Source: Octopus vulgaris
Lineage: Eukaryota
Assembly (NCBI GenBank): GCA_951406725.2
Contig: OX597821.1
Coordinates: 74,586,001 to 74,650,000 of the forward strand
DNA length: 64,000 nucleotides
Direction: 5' to 3'
Shown here: in pieces, positions 42,823 through 56,792 of the stretch
How positions within the stretch are numbered: the stretch's first letter is position 1
How the letters are laid out: each line of letters starts with the position of its first letter
The notes under the pieces: model-generated
Database searches by the model: none
What the model was told of the DNA's origin: nothing
The model's input: only the letters and a program-made list of their open reading frames with translations
Position numbers and translations under genes: made by a program

Positions 42823-43222
42823 CTTGTCCTAAGACTTTGTCACATAAAATATGTAGTCTTAAATTACGGTTTAGTATAAAAGAGCATTATAGCATCTAAT
42901 AATGTATTTAAGTCTGTTTCCTTGTCTTTTCCTCCATATCTATTTATCTTTTAAACTCACACACACACACACACACATTCATGTAGAAATAAGTAAAGAG
43001 GAAGAGACAGTGAACAGATAGACATAAATAAATACATTAATGGATGTAATGATACTGTTTTATAGTAAACTGAATATTAAAACCAGATATTTAATGTGGG
43101 AAAGTCTTGTGACAAATGTACGCAGACACAAGCCTACGATACACACCTTTACAGAAAAAGAGAGGAATTAAACTGCATATGTTCCAACCTTTCCACTAAA
43201 GTTATACAAATTACAAAGACAT
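42690..43222. repeat. Old diverged inverted-repeat (MITE-like) element
   Basis: tctttgtaat...cagtttaattcct...aagacttt..cacat (42692-42846) is mirrored by atgtg..aaagtctt...aggaattaaactg...attacaaaga (43095-43219). Confidence 0.6.
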
Positions 43223-43944
43223 GAACAAGACACCTAATACAGTGTAAAACTAGGTGAGTAATGCTGGGTAATTGCGATTTAGATTGTAGAGCCAACGTTT
43301 ATTACACTGTGTCTCAGGTTAACTGCTGTTCGCATAACTTAGAATACACACAGAAAAACATTTCAGACATAAAATATTGATATCCTGCAGTTACTGGATA
43401 AAAAAAAAAGTATAAAATTTTTATTGATGTATGAATATAAAACCGAAAACAATGGAAAGTATACATATATCTATTCTGTGTTTCGTACTTGAATAGCGGT
43501 AAGCATGAGACCTGAGCAGAAACAGAGTCAAATCTCAGATCAACAATAAATATTATTGTCTCACCATTCTTGTACTTGGCTCGTTTTGTTCTTTTATATT
43601 GTACTATTATACACAAACATACATACACACACACACACAACGGACACACACACACACGCGCACGCAGACATACATACACGCGCTCACACACACATACACA
43701 TTCATACATATTTATACACTAACTCAAACCAAATATTGACAGACGCCGGGAACTCTCTTAAATGGAAAAAAAGTCTTGTCGCTTTGTTAGCGACCAGCTT
43801 CAAATTTCTTGAGAGGAACTTAAGTAAATCTCGAAGGAACACACACACACACGTACATAATACATATATGTATATATGTATGTTTGTATGTCTGTATGTA
43901 TGTATGTATGTATAGATAGATAGATAGATAGATGGTCAGACAGA

Positions 43945-44190
43945 TCGATATTTGCAAAGAAAGGCCTACTTTTCATTGACAACTCGTAATTGTCGCACCC
44001 TGATGACAAGTCAATACCCAGAAACTCGAGTCCAGTGTGTATCACAGGTTGATGACGGGAAGGATGGCTTCTCTTTGCAAATACTGATAGGGCACAGAAA
44101 GTTTGTCAATAGCCAGCTGGAGGAGGTGCCTCCTGCGGTCAGCCACATTTAAGTGGCAAAAATACTTCACGATGTGTTGCAGCTACTGTT
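43945..44190 (+). mobile_element. Short non-coding repeat carrying a hammerhead motif (copy 1)
   Basis: Collinear with 45410-45443 + 46482-46705. Motif cgcac.CTGATGA-caagtcaataccca-GAAAC-TCGA-GTC-cagtgtg at 43994-44039; stems I and II degenerate, palindromic ACTCGAGT stem III. Confidence 0.65.
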
Positions 44191-44218
44191 TATACCTCAC
44201 TCAGAGATTTATTATTGC

Positions 44219-44306
<88 letters not shown>

Positions 44307-44364
44307 ATATATATATATATATATATGCATGTATATCTATCTATCTATCTATCTATCTATCTTA

Positions 44365-44465
<101 letters not shown>

Positions 44466-44545
44466 TTATCTATCTATCTATATATGTATATATATAAAAC
44501 AAGCTAAAATCGCTCTACGAAATGATCGCAGTAGTTGTACCAGCA

Positions 44546-44972
44546 AGTAATGTTTGTAGCCACTTGAACATGGCGGTTCTGTTTGAGCGGAATTTACAGG
44601 GATTTTTTAACTCCCAGAGGACATCTCCTCTAGCTGGTTTACGATGCACAGCTGCATCCGATATATTGCGAAGCGACCGTGTGTCGCTTGAATTTATATA
44701 TATATATATATATGTTGCGAGCAGAGGCGAGCTACTGCCATCTGTAGCAGGCGAGGTGTCTGCTACTGAAGAGAGGCAGAAATAGCCCGAAACCAGACAT
44801 GTCTGCTGGTCCAGTCGCTAGAATGTGATAGGGGTTCGCTCCCCTGCTAGCAATATATCGGATGCAGTTGTGCATTGTTAACCAGCTAATGGAGATATAC
44901 TCTTGGAGTTAAAAAATCGCAGTAAATCGACTCGAACGGTACAGCTATATTCAAGTGGCTATGAACATTACT
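44546..44972. mobile_element. Palindromic element with a central hammerhead-like motif
   Basis: Arms at 44546-44670 and 44850-44972. Centre 44761-44815 reads CTGAAGA-gaGGC..GCCc-GAAA-CCAG..CTGG-TC. Confidence 0.7.
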
Positions 44973-44987
44973 TTATATATATATATC

Positions 44988-45275
44988 GTCATGTCACGTG
45001 ACCGACCAGACCATCAGATGTTCTTACACATCGCTGGTCACAATGCGTTCGTATTGTTTTTAGCCTTCGAATGACGCCACCCCGCTGGCTAAGCGAGCAG
45101 GCCAACAGAAGAAAGAGTGGTGAAAGAGTACAGCAGGGATCACCACCCCCTGCCGGAGCCTCGTGGAGCTTTAGGTGTATTCGCTCAATAAACACTCACA
45201 ACGCCCGGTCTGGGAATCGAAACCGCGATCCTACGACCGCGAGTCCGCTGCCCTAACAACTAAGCCTTTGCACCT

Positions 45276-45277
<2 letters not shown>
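44988..45277 (-). mobile_element. tRNA-derived SINE family C
   Basis: Minus-strand head ggaggtgcaaaggcttagttgttagggcagcggactcgcggtcgtaggatcgcggtttcgattccc with A/B-box-like motifs; inserted in (TA)n. Confidence 0.75.
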
Positions 45278-45338
<61 letters not shown>

Positions 45339-45439
45339 TAAGCTATATTAAATAGCTCATTTCTCCTTTTTCGAGATCAGCGACAGTTTGTGGCTGGAAA
45401 AAGCATATAGTATTTTGCGAGTGGAATGACTCTTCATCA

Positions 45440-45443
<4 letters not shown>

Positions 45444-45482
<39 letters not shown>

Positions 45483-46476
45483 ATTTGGCTCAAAAGCAAA
45501 TACCAAGGCCATATAGGGGGACATGGAGTTAAGTACAGGGTGGTGTTCATGTAAAGAGTTCAGGCCACTTGAGGTCCAGGGAGGCTTTGAACAAAGCGGT
45601 CGTCGGCATCTTCACCATCTCATCTGGCAGCTTGTTCCACGGATCCGCAACCCGGACGGAGAAAGCTCCTCTCCTTCGATTGAGATGAAATCGTCGCAGG
45701 TAGAGCTTTTCGGAATGACCCCGCAGCCGACGCTCCGGAGCAGGAGTGAAGAACAGCTCTTTCGAGAGGTTACACTTCCCGCTTATGATGTTGTGGGCGA
45801 GAATGAGATCACCACGGCGGCGGCGTTTTTCAAGAGAATAAAGGTCGAGCGTCCTCAGCCTTTCTTCGTAGGACAAATTTTTGAGACCATGAACCAGGCG
45901 GGTAGCCAGCCTCTGGACTCTTTCGAGGTGCTGTATGTCTTTGAGGAGATAAGGAGAAGAGGCTTGAATCCCATACTCCGATATGGGTCTCACCAGCGTG
46001 ACATAGTGTGGCAGGAATATGGCTGCTGTGAGCACTCCGAATGACCGTCGAATCAAAAACAGAATTCCGCGCGCTTTGTTGGCAGCATGGACGCACTGGG
46101 CCGAAGGCGAAAAGGAGGAATCCACCAAGATACCCAGGTCCTTTACCTGATCGGTCCTCTCCAGCAGCAGACGACCCGGCTCGAAATCAAGTTGAGTTGG
46201 AGGAGTAGAGCCGACAGGCAGATGACAGCACTTTGACACGTTCAGACACAGGTCCCAATCGTTAGACCACTTCCAAATTTGGTGGAGGCATCGACGAAGA
46301 TCCTCTATACTACCGCGAGGAGCGACCAGTTTGATATCGTCGGCAAATAGAAGGGTGTGTTGCGTGAGGTCGTCGGGCAAGTCATTTATGAAGACTAAGA
46401 ACAACAAGGGCCCAAGCACTGAACCTTGAGGCACGCCACTGCTCGCACTGGAGACGTCGGACCGCGAACCATTAAC
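45444..46476 (-). mobile_element. Second, more truncated copy of the young CR1-group LINE, with TSD caatag
   Basis: Reverse complement of ~20751-21764; 6 aa differences over ~294 aa. (TTAG)n tail at 45444-45482. caatag at 45438-45443 and 46476-46481. Confidence 0.95.
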
Positions 46477-46488
46477 AATAGCTGGTGA

Positions 46489-46540
46489 TTATCACACACT
46501 GAAGACGGGTAACTACTCAGAAACCCATGTCTGTGTGTAA
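46489..46540 (+). ncRNA. Type I hammerhead ribozyme motif (best preserved in the window)
   Basis: tta-t-CACACA-CTGAAGA-c-GGGTA-ac-TACTC-a-GAAAC-ccat-GTC-TGTGTG-taa: 6-9-bp stem I, stem II, intact core, GUC site. Confidence 0.7.
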
Positions 46541-46714
46541 CACGTAAGGCTAGAGATGGGAGCGATTACTTCTCCTCAAAAATACAAATCGGACAGAGAG
46601 AGAGTGTTGTTTACCAACTGGAACAGATGTCTTCCTTGGGCTAAAATCAACAGTAACATCACCCTTTATGGAACCACCACATTTGGCAAATATATTTTAC
46701 GATATATAATACAT

Positions 46715-46783
<69 letters not shown>

Positions 46784-47364
46784 CGTGTGTGTGGGTATTT
46801 ATATGTATGTATGTGTGTTTATGTATGTATGTATGTATGTATGTATGTATGTCTGTACGTATGTATGTATGTGTGCGTGTGATTGTCCTTGTGTTTCTGC
46901 TTGTCTCGCTATACAGTTCAACAAACGGTGTTGTCTTGTTGCTGCTCCTGTAACTTAACGGTGCGGTAATGTTATATGTATGTATCTACGTATGTGTGCG
47001 TGTGTGTGTGTGTGTATGTCTGTGTGTGTGTGTGTGTTTCATTCTATTTGTTCAATAAAATGAAGTGATAATTAAATATTGGATTCGACTTGATTTAGCT
47101 CCTTCCCCCAAAGTTGTCTTATGTAATTGGGTTGTGCCAATTTCAGGCATTCGCTAACGATAGGCCATACCGTTTCAACCCTCTCAGTCTGAATTTGTCG
47201 CTGTCGATAGTGTTGTCGACTTTGCCCTTCACATGGTTGGTCCTTAACGCCTATTCTTGTGCTGCGCATATAAGTGCTTCTGTCACTATCTTCAGGTCTC
47301 TCCTCCTAATCCATAGCTAACGGCCTTTCATATGTTTTGACGTTCGTATCATTCGTAAATTGAC

Positions 47365-47435
47365 CGTACCTCCTCCTCCTACTCCTCCTTCTTCTTCTTC
47401 TTCTTCTCCTTCTCCTTCTCCTTCTTCTTCTTCTT

Positions 47436-47482
<47 letters not shown>

Positions 47483-47489
47483 TCTTCTT

Positions 47490-47545
<56 letters not shown>

Positions 47546-47614
47546 GCTACTACTACTTCTTCATCTGTTTCTCCTTTTTTTTCTTCTTCTTCTTCTTCTT
47601 CTTCTTCTTCTAAT

Positions 47615-47671
<57 letters not shown>

Positions 47672-47690
47672 TGTTATTATTATTATTATC
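47365..47690. repeat. Compound (CCT/CTT/CTA/TAA/TTA)n microsatellite
   Basis: Read directly. Confidence 0.95.
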
Positions 47691-47924
47691 TACGCTATTT
47701 CTTTTCTCGGTGAGAATTAAGCTAGAGGTGAGCCGAAACTACATACAAGTTTCCATTTTCTTCTTCATTAATCTTAAAAAACAAACTGGTTGGTCATAAA
47801 TTAAGCTGAGCCTTTAAAGTGTTCGATTTCTTTCTGAGGAAATATGACCAGTGTATATATGTATACATACATACATACATATATATATATAAACACACAC
47901 ACATATATATATGTATATGTATAC

Positions 47925-48325
47925 TCTTACTCTTTTACTCTTTTACTTGTTTCAGTCATTTGACTGCGGCTATGCTGGAGCACCGCCTTTAGTCGAGCAG
48001 ATCGACCCCATGATTTATTCTTTGTAAGCCCAGTACTTATTCTATCGGTCTCTTTTGCCGAACCGCTAAGTGACGGGGACGTAAACACACCAGCATCGGT
48101 TGTCAAGCAATGCTAGGGGGACAAACACAGACACACAAACACACACATACATATATATATATACATATATACGACAGGCTTCTTTCAGTTTCCGTCTATC
48201 AAATCCATTCACAAGGCATTGGTCGGCCCGGAGCTATAGCAGAAGACACTTGCCCAAGATGCCACGCAGTGGGACTGAACCCGGAACCATGTGGCTGGTT
48301 AGCAAGCTACTTGCCACACAGCCAT
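47925..48325 (-). mobile_element. Full-length SINE family B
   Basis: tcttttacttgtttcagtcatttgactgcgg...cagtgggactgaacccggaaccatgtgg...ccacacagcca. Confidence 0.9.
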
Positions 48326-48778
48326 GATAGTATCATCACTAGACACGACTGATTAAGACATTGTAGAAGCTATTCAGGTTTAGCGAAGCTTAATAAATGT
48401 TGAAAGAAGACAAAAAGAAATAGAGTGACACACGTCTGCAATAAAATGTCTCGCCGAGGCACACTTGCCAAATTTACCGTGTCTCACTCAACTTGGTAGA
48501 TTGTATTCATTTAGACTGTTTGGTTTTTCGATAGTTAATAGATCGAATACTCAATCTCATGTACTGACCGAAAAAAAACAAAAAAAAAAACAAAAGAAGA
48601 CAAAACAAAAAATGCAGCAAAAAATCTCTTATTTACACTCGGAGACCTTAGTTTCGTTAAATGAGACACTAGAGGACATAAATGGAAGTTATTACTAGGA
48701 CTGCGACAGAACCGAATACAAAGATCCTGTCTTTGGTGTAACGACTGGGCTGGCAGCCATAACCTGAAAACACATACA

Positions 48779-48838
<60 letters not shown>

Positions 48839-48958
48839 CAGACATACATACACACACGCACGCACACACTAATGCATATATACATACATACATATATATA
48901 TGATGGTATAGAGATCTACAATATGCGCACACATTAATATATTGTATATATATATACA

Positions 48959-48996
<38 letters not shown>

Positions 48997-49941
48997 TATA
49001 TATGATGGTATGCAGACACACACAAACAAGCACACACAAACCGGCACACACACACATAAACACACACTCACACACATTTGTCAGTAATTACACAGGAAAA
49101 CACTTATACTGGCTGACGTACCATTTCTTTGTGAGGATGAAATTGTTGGCTTGGTTGTAGTCTAAACGGAATATTTGCCACTACAAAAACGATATAATTT
49201 CAGTTTCCTTTTTTATCAATGTTTGAGTCCAACTTAGACAGAACATTTCAGCTTCTTTCTTGAGGAACAAATCGATTGGAATTATTTCTTATAAACCTCA
49301 CCTTTAGTCTTGCATGAAAGCTCTAAATATGAACATAGAGACAAGAATAAAAAAAAAATACATTATTTTTTCTTCTTTTCTGAGAATCGAACTTATAAAA
49401 TATTCATAAACGTTTGAGAACAAAACTTCAAAGAAAGAATTTCTGGTTATCTCTCCATTGAATACTTACCAATTATGTTAGCGAGGAAAAGAAAAAAAGA
49501 AAGTATAAATTCTTTTGGAATAGGTTTAAGGTATACAATCTGTCTTGAAGTTTCAATTGTGATAATTGCCGAAGCCAGCTATAATAATCTGACTCTATAA
49601 CTTTCGGATAAATGAAAGAATAAAAATTGCCCGAAGAGATTTAAGTTCTGATAACTAATTTGAGTCAATACGATACATTACACAGTAAAACTAATGGCTG
49701 GGTTTCGATTTTAGGTAGCTACTAACCCTCTTTATTTATTGTATAAAGGATCGTGGGTAAAATCAAAACAATACGAAGTAAATGCAAGGCAAATCACAAG
49801 AAAACAAATATGTGAATTAATGTAGACTTACCTTGTATTCAATATTTCGTGGTTATGACCCTATTTTTAAGAAATAGACGAATTTTGCCGATGTGCGAGT
49901 GTGTGAGCGTGTATGGTGTGGACATGCGCGGAAAAGTGTTG

Positions 49942-50079
49942 CTATAGTAACCAGCTAGCGTCTTGTAACTCTGTTCTGTTGTTGATCTTGGGTTTCTTTT
50001 GGTGCTTGAGGATGGCCTCAGAGATTCTAAGGTTGCCCCTCTTCCGCTGTGTTGCCTTGATATGCATTGTGAATTCCTT
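49942..50079 (-). pseudogene. Probable Penelope-like GIY-YIG endonuclease C-terminal remnant
   Basis: KEFTMHIKATQRKRGNLRISEAILKHQKKPKINNRTELQDASWLL* fits the PLE pattern L.I.EAI.I...KP.IN..E. Confidence 0.55.
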
Positions 50080-50997
50080 TATTTATGTTTATAGTTTAGC
50101 AAAATAACAAATATAGCTTCACTCTCTCCCTGAAATAGCTTAGGATGCGGTGGCGAAAAATCACCCCTACACTCTATCTAAAGAATATATTCAGACCAAC
50201 GCTCTGAGACAGTGTTTCCACCTATATTTCCCCGCTAGATCCTACAATAATTTTCCAGGAAAATGTATGCCCCCACGCTATGGTTGGGAAATAAATATAA
50301 TTTTCCCAAATCTCAACAGTGAGGTGTATGTCCCACGTTGGGATTCACTACTCTAAGAGTTTTATTATACGTTCAGAGAATGAATTGTTAAAATAATGGG
50401 TGTCTTTAAGAGGTAGTTTAAACGGTTGGCCTGCCTCATATTTCTGAAAATACAAATAGAATTGTTTGCTTGAAACATTTGGTAAACTTAATTCACGTAT
50501 CTTTTAATACATATATTTACTGAAATTACACGATATACTTGACGCTGTATTAATGAATTAATATTTCCACTGTCAAATGAAAACTTAGGGTTTTTTTACG
50601 TATTATTCTACAAATAAAACTTGAGTGAAGAATTATGCTCGAGTTTCCGTTTATTTCGAACCATTCTCAGAGACTCTGGAAATCTTTAATATTGAATTAA
50701 ATATATTTCTTTTGTTGGAGGTAAAAGCTGGATTTTATAATATGAGACTAGTTAGAAATTGAATGTAACTGCGGCCATGCTGGGGCACCGCCTATGTTGG
50801 GAAAAGGTTATCTAAACAGTGCATGGGAAACGTAAGCAGACGTTATTGCATGGGTTGTGGAACATATACTTTCAAACACAGTTTTCAGCGCCACCTATGG
50901 GTTTGTAATGATAAAGCGAAACTATTTATATGGTATAATACGAAGATATATGCATATATACATATATACACGCAAACATATAATTCTCTTTCTCTTT

Positions 50998-51032
<35 letters not shown>

Positions 51033-51036
51033 TGTA

Positions 51037-51135
<99 letters not shown>

Positions 51136-52829
51136 ATACCATTTCATGTTCATATTTAATTTTCTACCATATCTTTAATTTATTTAAAAGAATTTGAAAA
51201 TTGTGAACCGGAAACATTAATCTTGTACATTACATGAATTTTTATTGGGAACATTTATGAATGAATTATGCGGCATTTCAAAATTAAAAGCGGTTTTTTA
51301 AAAATCCTTTTTATATTTCTTATGCCTTTTGTATCGTTCCCTCCCTCACACCTCTTCTTTTGTCTCTTCAACATCCTGGCCTGACTGTAGCAAGAAATGT
51401 GTGGCTGGAACACTTTAGGGGAAGCTTTAGTTGAATATTAACCTCTTCATCTAAGTGTTTTGTGTCACTAACTCCGGAATGATGTAATTATTTCAACATA
51501 CGTCGCTAGAAAATCTTCCCAGCCCTCTATCTGCCTCAACAGTTCACCTTCGCCCTAATAAAGCTGTCACAGCTGCTACTGTGAGAGTAACAAAATTTGA
51601 AATCACAAATTACCGACCAGATGAGAGTCTTTTCTATATTTCCTCTGTCGTTTTGTGAACATTTACTGCATCCCTCTTCCATCGTCAGGATATCTGAGAT
51701 AATCTCCAGCAAGGGAAAAACTAATTGTGTTCGACCAGCAAGCGAAGGAGGAGCAATCTGTTATTTCTAATTACTGCCGTTGCAAATTAGTCTTCGACTG
51801 GATTGTCCAGTCTTGATTAGAAAAGCTGACTGCGAACGGCTTATCAATCAAAGCAATTGAGACCAGTTGTCTTGATTCCAAACATCACGACAGACGTAGA
51901 AAACTAACGATTGACAGCGGGGAATGCCGTTCAGAGCAGAGCATGTAGTCGATCTTCAGAAGCTGAAATCAAAATTTAATTAAGTGGAAAGACTGAAATA
52001 CTTTGGTCGAGGACATAAAAATAAAGAAATAAAGAAATAGAAAAGAATATAAACTATTTAAGAGACAGCTTTTTGGAGACTCAATAACTGATGAAAAACA
52101 AAAAAAAAAAAAAAAAATGGCCAAGTGATCGATTGCAGTAAAAATTAAGTTGTAAACTAAGGAAGAGTCGCAGAATATGAGTATGAGCTTTTTGTTTTCT
52201 TATTTATGTCATTTGACGAAATATTCTTGCGAAATATATTTGTTCATCCTTTTATTTCCTACTCCAATTTCATTTTGTAATATTTGCTCTTCTATGAAAT
52301 AAATGACATGAACATCCCATTGTTATATTAATATTTATTATTTCATACATGATATTTTATGATATTGTTTCATAAACAAGAAGCTATCTGATAGCCGACA
52401 TATGCTTATCAATTTGATCGCTAACATTATCTCTCTACATCGGTAGAGAGAAATTATTTCTAGCTCTTTAGAATATTATGAAAACACATTCTAATTCATA
52501 CAAATATTTATCGGATGATTGGAAAATTGATATGTTCACTCTTTGTCCGTATTTTGAACAAGTACATACAATAAAAATGGTTTCTTTTTTCAGGAAATAT
52601 ATTGTGACATGTTTGCAACTTGAGGTTTTTGTTTCTGTACATATCCTATGAAAGAGACTAGTGTATTAAGAATAATTCTAATCTGTTTTTAATTTTGGAA
52701 CAATAGCTTTGGTCTCGAAAATGTTATCTGCAACATTGCTGACATGTCATGGTACCTCGGATAATATTTAGATAAATATTTAAATGCTTCAAATCTTACT
52801 TAAAGTATGAAACAAATATATAATCGTGT

Positions 52830-52964
52830 GTATGTATGTATGTATGTATGTATGTATGTATGTATGTATGTATGTATGTATGTATATACACTTATACAAC
52901 AATATATGTGTGCATAAATGCATATTGATGTAGAGGTACGTTTATTTTTGCATGTATGCATATA

Positions 52965-53039
<75 letters not shown>

Positions 53040-53162
53040 GCGTGTGTGTATTTGTGTATATTTATACATGTATGCACACTTATAGATGTATGTATGAATG
53101 CATATGTATGTATGTATGTATGTATATATATATATATATATACATATATATATGTGCGTATG

Positions 53163-53193
<31 letters not shown>

Positions 53194-53280
53194 GTGTATA
53201 TGTATATGTATATGTGTGTGTATGTATGTGTGTATATATGTGTGTGTGTGCATATATAATGTATGTATGTATGTATGTAT
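52830..53280. repeat. (TATG)n/(TA)n/(TG)n microsatellite
   Basis: Read directly. Confidence 0.95.
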
Positions 53281-53494
53281 GCAACCATGACTTTATGTTC
53301 CAGAATTCTTCCGAGACGGAAGGAGGAAACTACTTTCTAACAAGAAAATGCTCCCTCCTTAGTATTTGTATAACAACGACGATGATGATTTTTATATGCT
53401 AAACTATAGAAAAGTATTAAATACTTTTAGTCTTCCACTTATACATTATGTCTGGTAAGTGTGTGTGTCCGCCAGTTTTTCTTTTTTTTTTTTA

Positions 53495-54030
53495 CGTATC
53501 CTGGGATCACAATGCCTTGTCTTGGCTCCCTCTCTGAAACATACACTTTGCCATTTTGTCACTCACTCTCTGCAGATATGCCGACGATATAAATGTGTCA
53601 CTGGCAGTCAAGAACCGTGAGGATAACACAAACCTACTGAAAACCCTGAATGTGATTTACAAATTTACTAAAGGAAAGATCATTTCTATTAATGATCGAA
53701 AGTTTCAAGCGTTCCGGTAACAGCTGACAGATTTCTATCAGAATATTCTGGACCAAGGGCTATTGTGCTCTCAAAGCCACAATCAGTGCGTACTGAGGAT
53801 ATCTAGAAGAGAAAAGATACATTATTATATGTGTATATTATTAAGATGAGAGGAAAAACATCTGTTCTCAGGTGCCTAGATTACTGAGCCCTGTTATGGC
53901 AGCTATATGACGCCAATCAAACAGCGGAGCTGTAGGAAATCCAACGCTGTTACACTAAAGTGGATTATACTTGTGTGACAAATGAGTTCAAGAGAAGCTG
54001 AAAGAACAGGTTCTAATTCCAAGAGCGAAG
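53495..54030 (+). mobile_element. Ancient LINE RT remnant (probably continued at 54840-55010)
   Basis: CRYADDINVSLAVKNREDNTNLLKTLNVIYKF...SINDRKFQ, with YADD at 53577-53588. Confidence 0.7.
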
Positions 54031-54084
54031 ACACTAACAACTATTATGCAAAGACCTCTCTCTCTTTTTGTTTCTCTCCTTGTT

Positions 54085-54122
54085 TTTTTCTGTAGAAGAG
54101 CGTAGGCTCGAAACGTAAAAGG
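54085..54122 (+). ncRNA. Minimal hammerhead-like motif with variant core, inside a short repeat (about 54035-54215)
   Basis: ttttt-CTGTAGA-a-GAGC-gtag-GCTC-GAAACGTA-aaagg: palindromic ACGT stem III, NUH = GUA; core deviates from CUGAnGA. Confidence 0.45.
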
Positions 54123-54239
54123 CTTTTTCTATTCCTGAGCGTTACACTAATACATCTGTTTGTTTTGTACATCACCTGTCTTCGCCTTTTGTTTATTTTT
54201 CGGGAACTCTCCTCTATATATATATATATATTCTGTTAT

Positions 54240-54675
54240 TCTATACTTGGTTTCAGTCATTATCACTGCGGCCATGTTGGAGCACTGGCTTTAGTCGACA
54301 AATCGACCCCAGGACTTATTCTTTGTAAGCCTAGTAATAATTCTATCGGTCTCTTTGCCTAACCGCTAAATTACAGGGGCATAAACACACCAGTATCGGT
54401 TGTCAAGCGATGGTGGGTGGGGAACAAACACAGACGCACAAACACACACGCACACACACACACACACACACACATACACACACACACACATACACACATG
54501 CATATATATATACGACGAGCTTCTTTCAGTTTCCGCCTACCAAATCCACTAAGATGGCTCTGGTCGGCCCGACGCTATAGTAGAAGACACTTGTTCAAGG
54601 TGCCACGCAGTGGGACTGAACCCGGAACCATGTAGTTGGTAAGTAAGTCACTTACCACACAGCTACGCCTGCACC
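54240..54675 (-). mobile_element. Full-length SINE family B
   Basis: Collinear with 47925-48325. Confidence 0.9.
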
Positions 54676-54758
54676 TATGATATATATATATATGTATGTA
54701 TACACACATATATATATGTACATATACACTTATATACACACACACCACACACATACCA

Positions 54759-54803
<45 letters not shown>

Positions 54804-55249
54804 GTATATATATGTAGCTACATACATACACATACACTAGTGAGAGTAGGGCTTCTCTTTAGAATTCAAAGTTATTTAAACTAACCTTCGTAATTGAACC
54901 CCACTGCAAAGTACCAAATGCCCCAGCAGACCTCCACCAGGAATAAGGACTCAAGAATGTAACCCCTCAGAGATCTACAACGCGTAGATGTGGATGCATT
55001 GAAAACACATCGCATCATTGGGAAAAATACGTGTAGATATTTAAAGAATATTTCATGGTTCTAGTTAAACAAAAACAAAAAATAAAATGTAATATTTCAA
55101 TGAATACTAACAGAGAGGTGGACTGGATCCCTTTTCGAGTTCCCAGGTTATTTCTTGAGACTCGAAGGAAATCTGTTATAAAAATCTTTTTTTCTGTAAA
55201 CATTTTATAATTATCGATCATAACATTTATTAAAAACATGTCTAAGCTA

Positions 55250-55470
<221 letters not shown>

Positions 55471-56245
55471 TTATCATTGTTAATATTATTATTGTTGTTG
55501 TTGTTGATTTTGATGCTAATGTTTTTGTTATTACTATTTTTTTTTGTTTTTGTGGTTGTTGTTGTTGTGACTGTTGTTGCTGTGGTTGTCTTCATCATTA
55601 TCGATCACATGGTATAGGTGTCAGTCTCTCGGACGAAGTGGTACGCAGTATTTAGTATCGTCATTCTACTTTCTGATTTCAAATCCCTCCGATATCGATT
55701 TTGTTTGTCATTAGCCGAGATCAATACGACAAATACAAAAGTTTTATTGGGGTTGACTTAATCGATAATACCCCTTCATTACAAATTGATATCCACGTAC
55801 CAATCTGGTAAATGCACAATTATTACTCGCCCTTTCTCATGCAACGTTCCTGTATCTCTTGCTTTAGTCATCTCCTATAAATGGTATGAATCGAGAAAAC
55901 GAAAAGGCTTCTACAAGCTCATTCATAACACTAGAAATATCAGCCGAATCCACACATATCGCACCCTACATCTTTTAAATGAAGAAATTATAAGTTATAC
56001 AATGTAGTGTTACATTCAATTGAAAGTGAGTACACTCTGAGTACTTTTGCCTCCCCCTCGTTGCATCTCAAGTAAAGGAAACAATGTGACGTTTGTGATG
56101 TGTACACAGTCGGTACACATGTGCCCCAAACAATTAGCTATCAAGTCATACTCTTATCTCTCCTCTCTCTCTCTTTCTCTTTCTCTCTTTCTATTCCTTC
56201 TCTCTATATAGAGAGCAATCGAGATAACTTATTATTGCTTAATCT

Positions 56246-56462
56246 CCATTACACATGTTTCGTTTGCTAATAGGAATTACAAAGTTGTACATGTTGGATA
56301 TACACGTAAGAAATTTCTGAATAGAGATTCTTCAGACAGAGAATCAAATAGCATTATTTGTATTTTTCTGTCTGGAAAAATTTCTAACAGGAAATTTCTT
56401 ATGTATTTATCCAACATGTACAACTTTGTAATTCCTATTAGCAAACGGAATGTGTGTTATGG
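56246..56462. repeat. Palindromic element, ~100-bp arms, very short loop
   Basis: cgtttgctaataggaattacaaagttgtacatgttggata is mirrored exactly by tatccaacatgtacaactttgtaattcctattagcaaacg. Confidence 0.9.
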
Positions 56463-56526
56463 TGAATAGATACTACCAATAAATTTTCCAGATTGCTGTT
56501 TTATTATACATACATATATACCTGTA

Positions 56527-56792
56527 TATTCTACTATTAGAAGAATGGGGTTTAGTTTATCGACGTCGAAAGGATTACAGGCAATGTCGACCTCAAACAG
56601 TTTTCAAACACCAGGCCATAAAGAATTGAACCGTCCGGCATTCAATTTAATGTTCAAACGTTTGAACATTGAATTGAATGCCGGACGGTTCAATTCTCTT
56701 TGGTCTAGTGTTTGAAAACTGTTTGAGGTCGACATTGCCTGTAATCCTTTCGACGTCGATAAACTAAGCCCCATTCTTCTAATAGTAGAATA
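56527..56792. repeat. 266-bp spacer-less palindrome derived from a decayed SINE family A segment
   Basis: Centre ttcaaac|gtttgaa at 56659/56660; 133-bp arms, about 6 mismatches, no indels by manual comparison. Confidence 0.95.

Noticed and set aside
44988-45277. tRNA gene
   Set aside because: The tRNA-like head continues into a SINE body, with no complete cloverleaf or terminator. The same applies to the other SINE heads.
55010-55165. HHWEKYV*IFKEYF resembling a mariner transposase C-terminus
   Set aside because: Too short and degenerate, with no matching TIR partner found.
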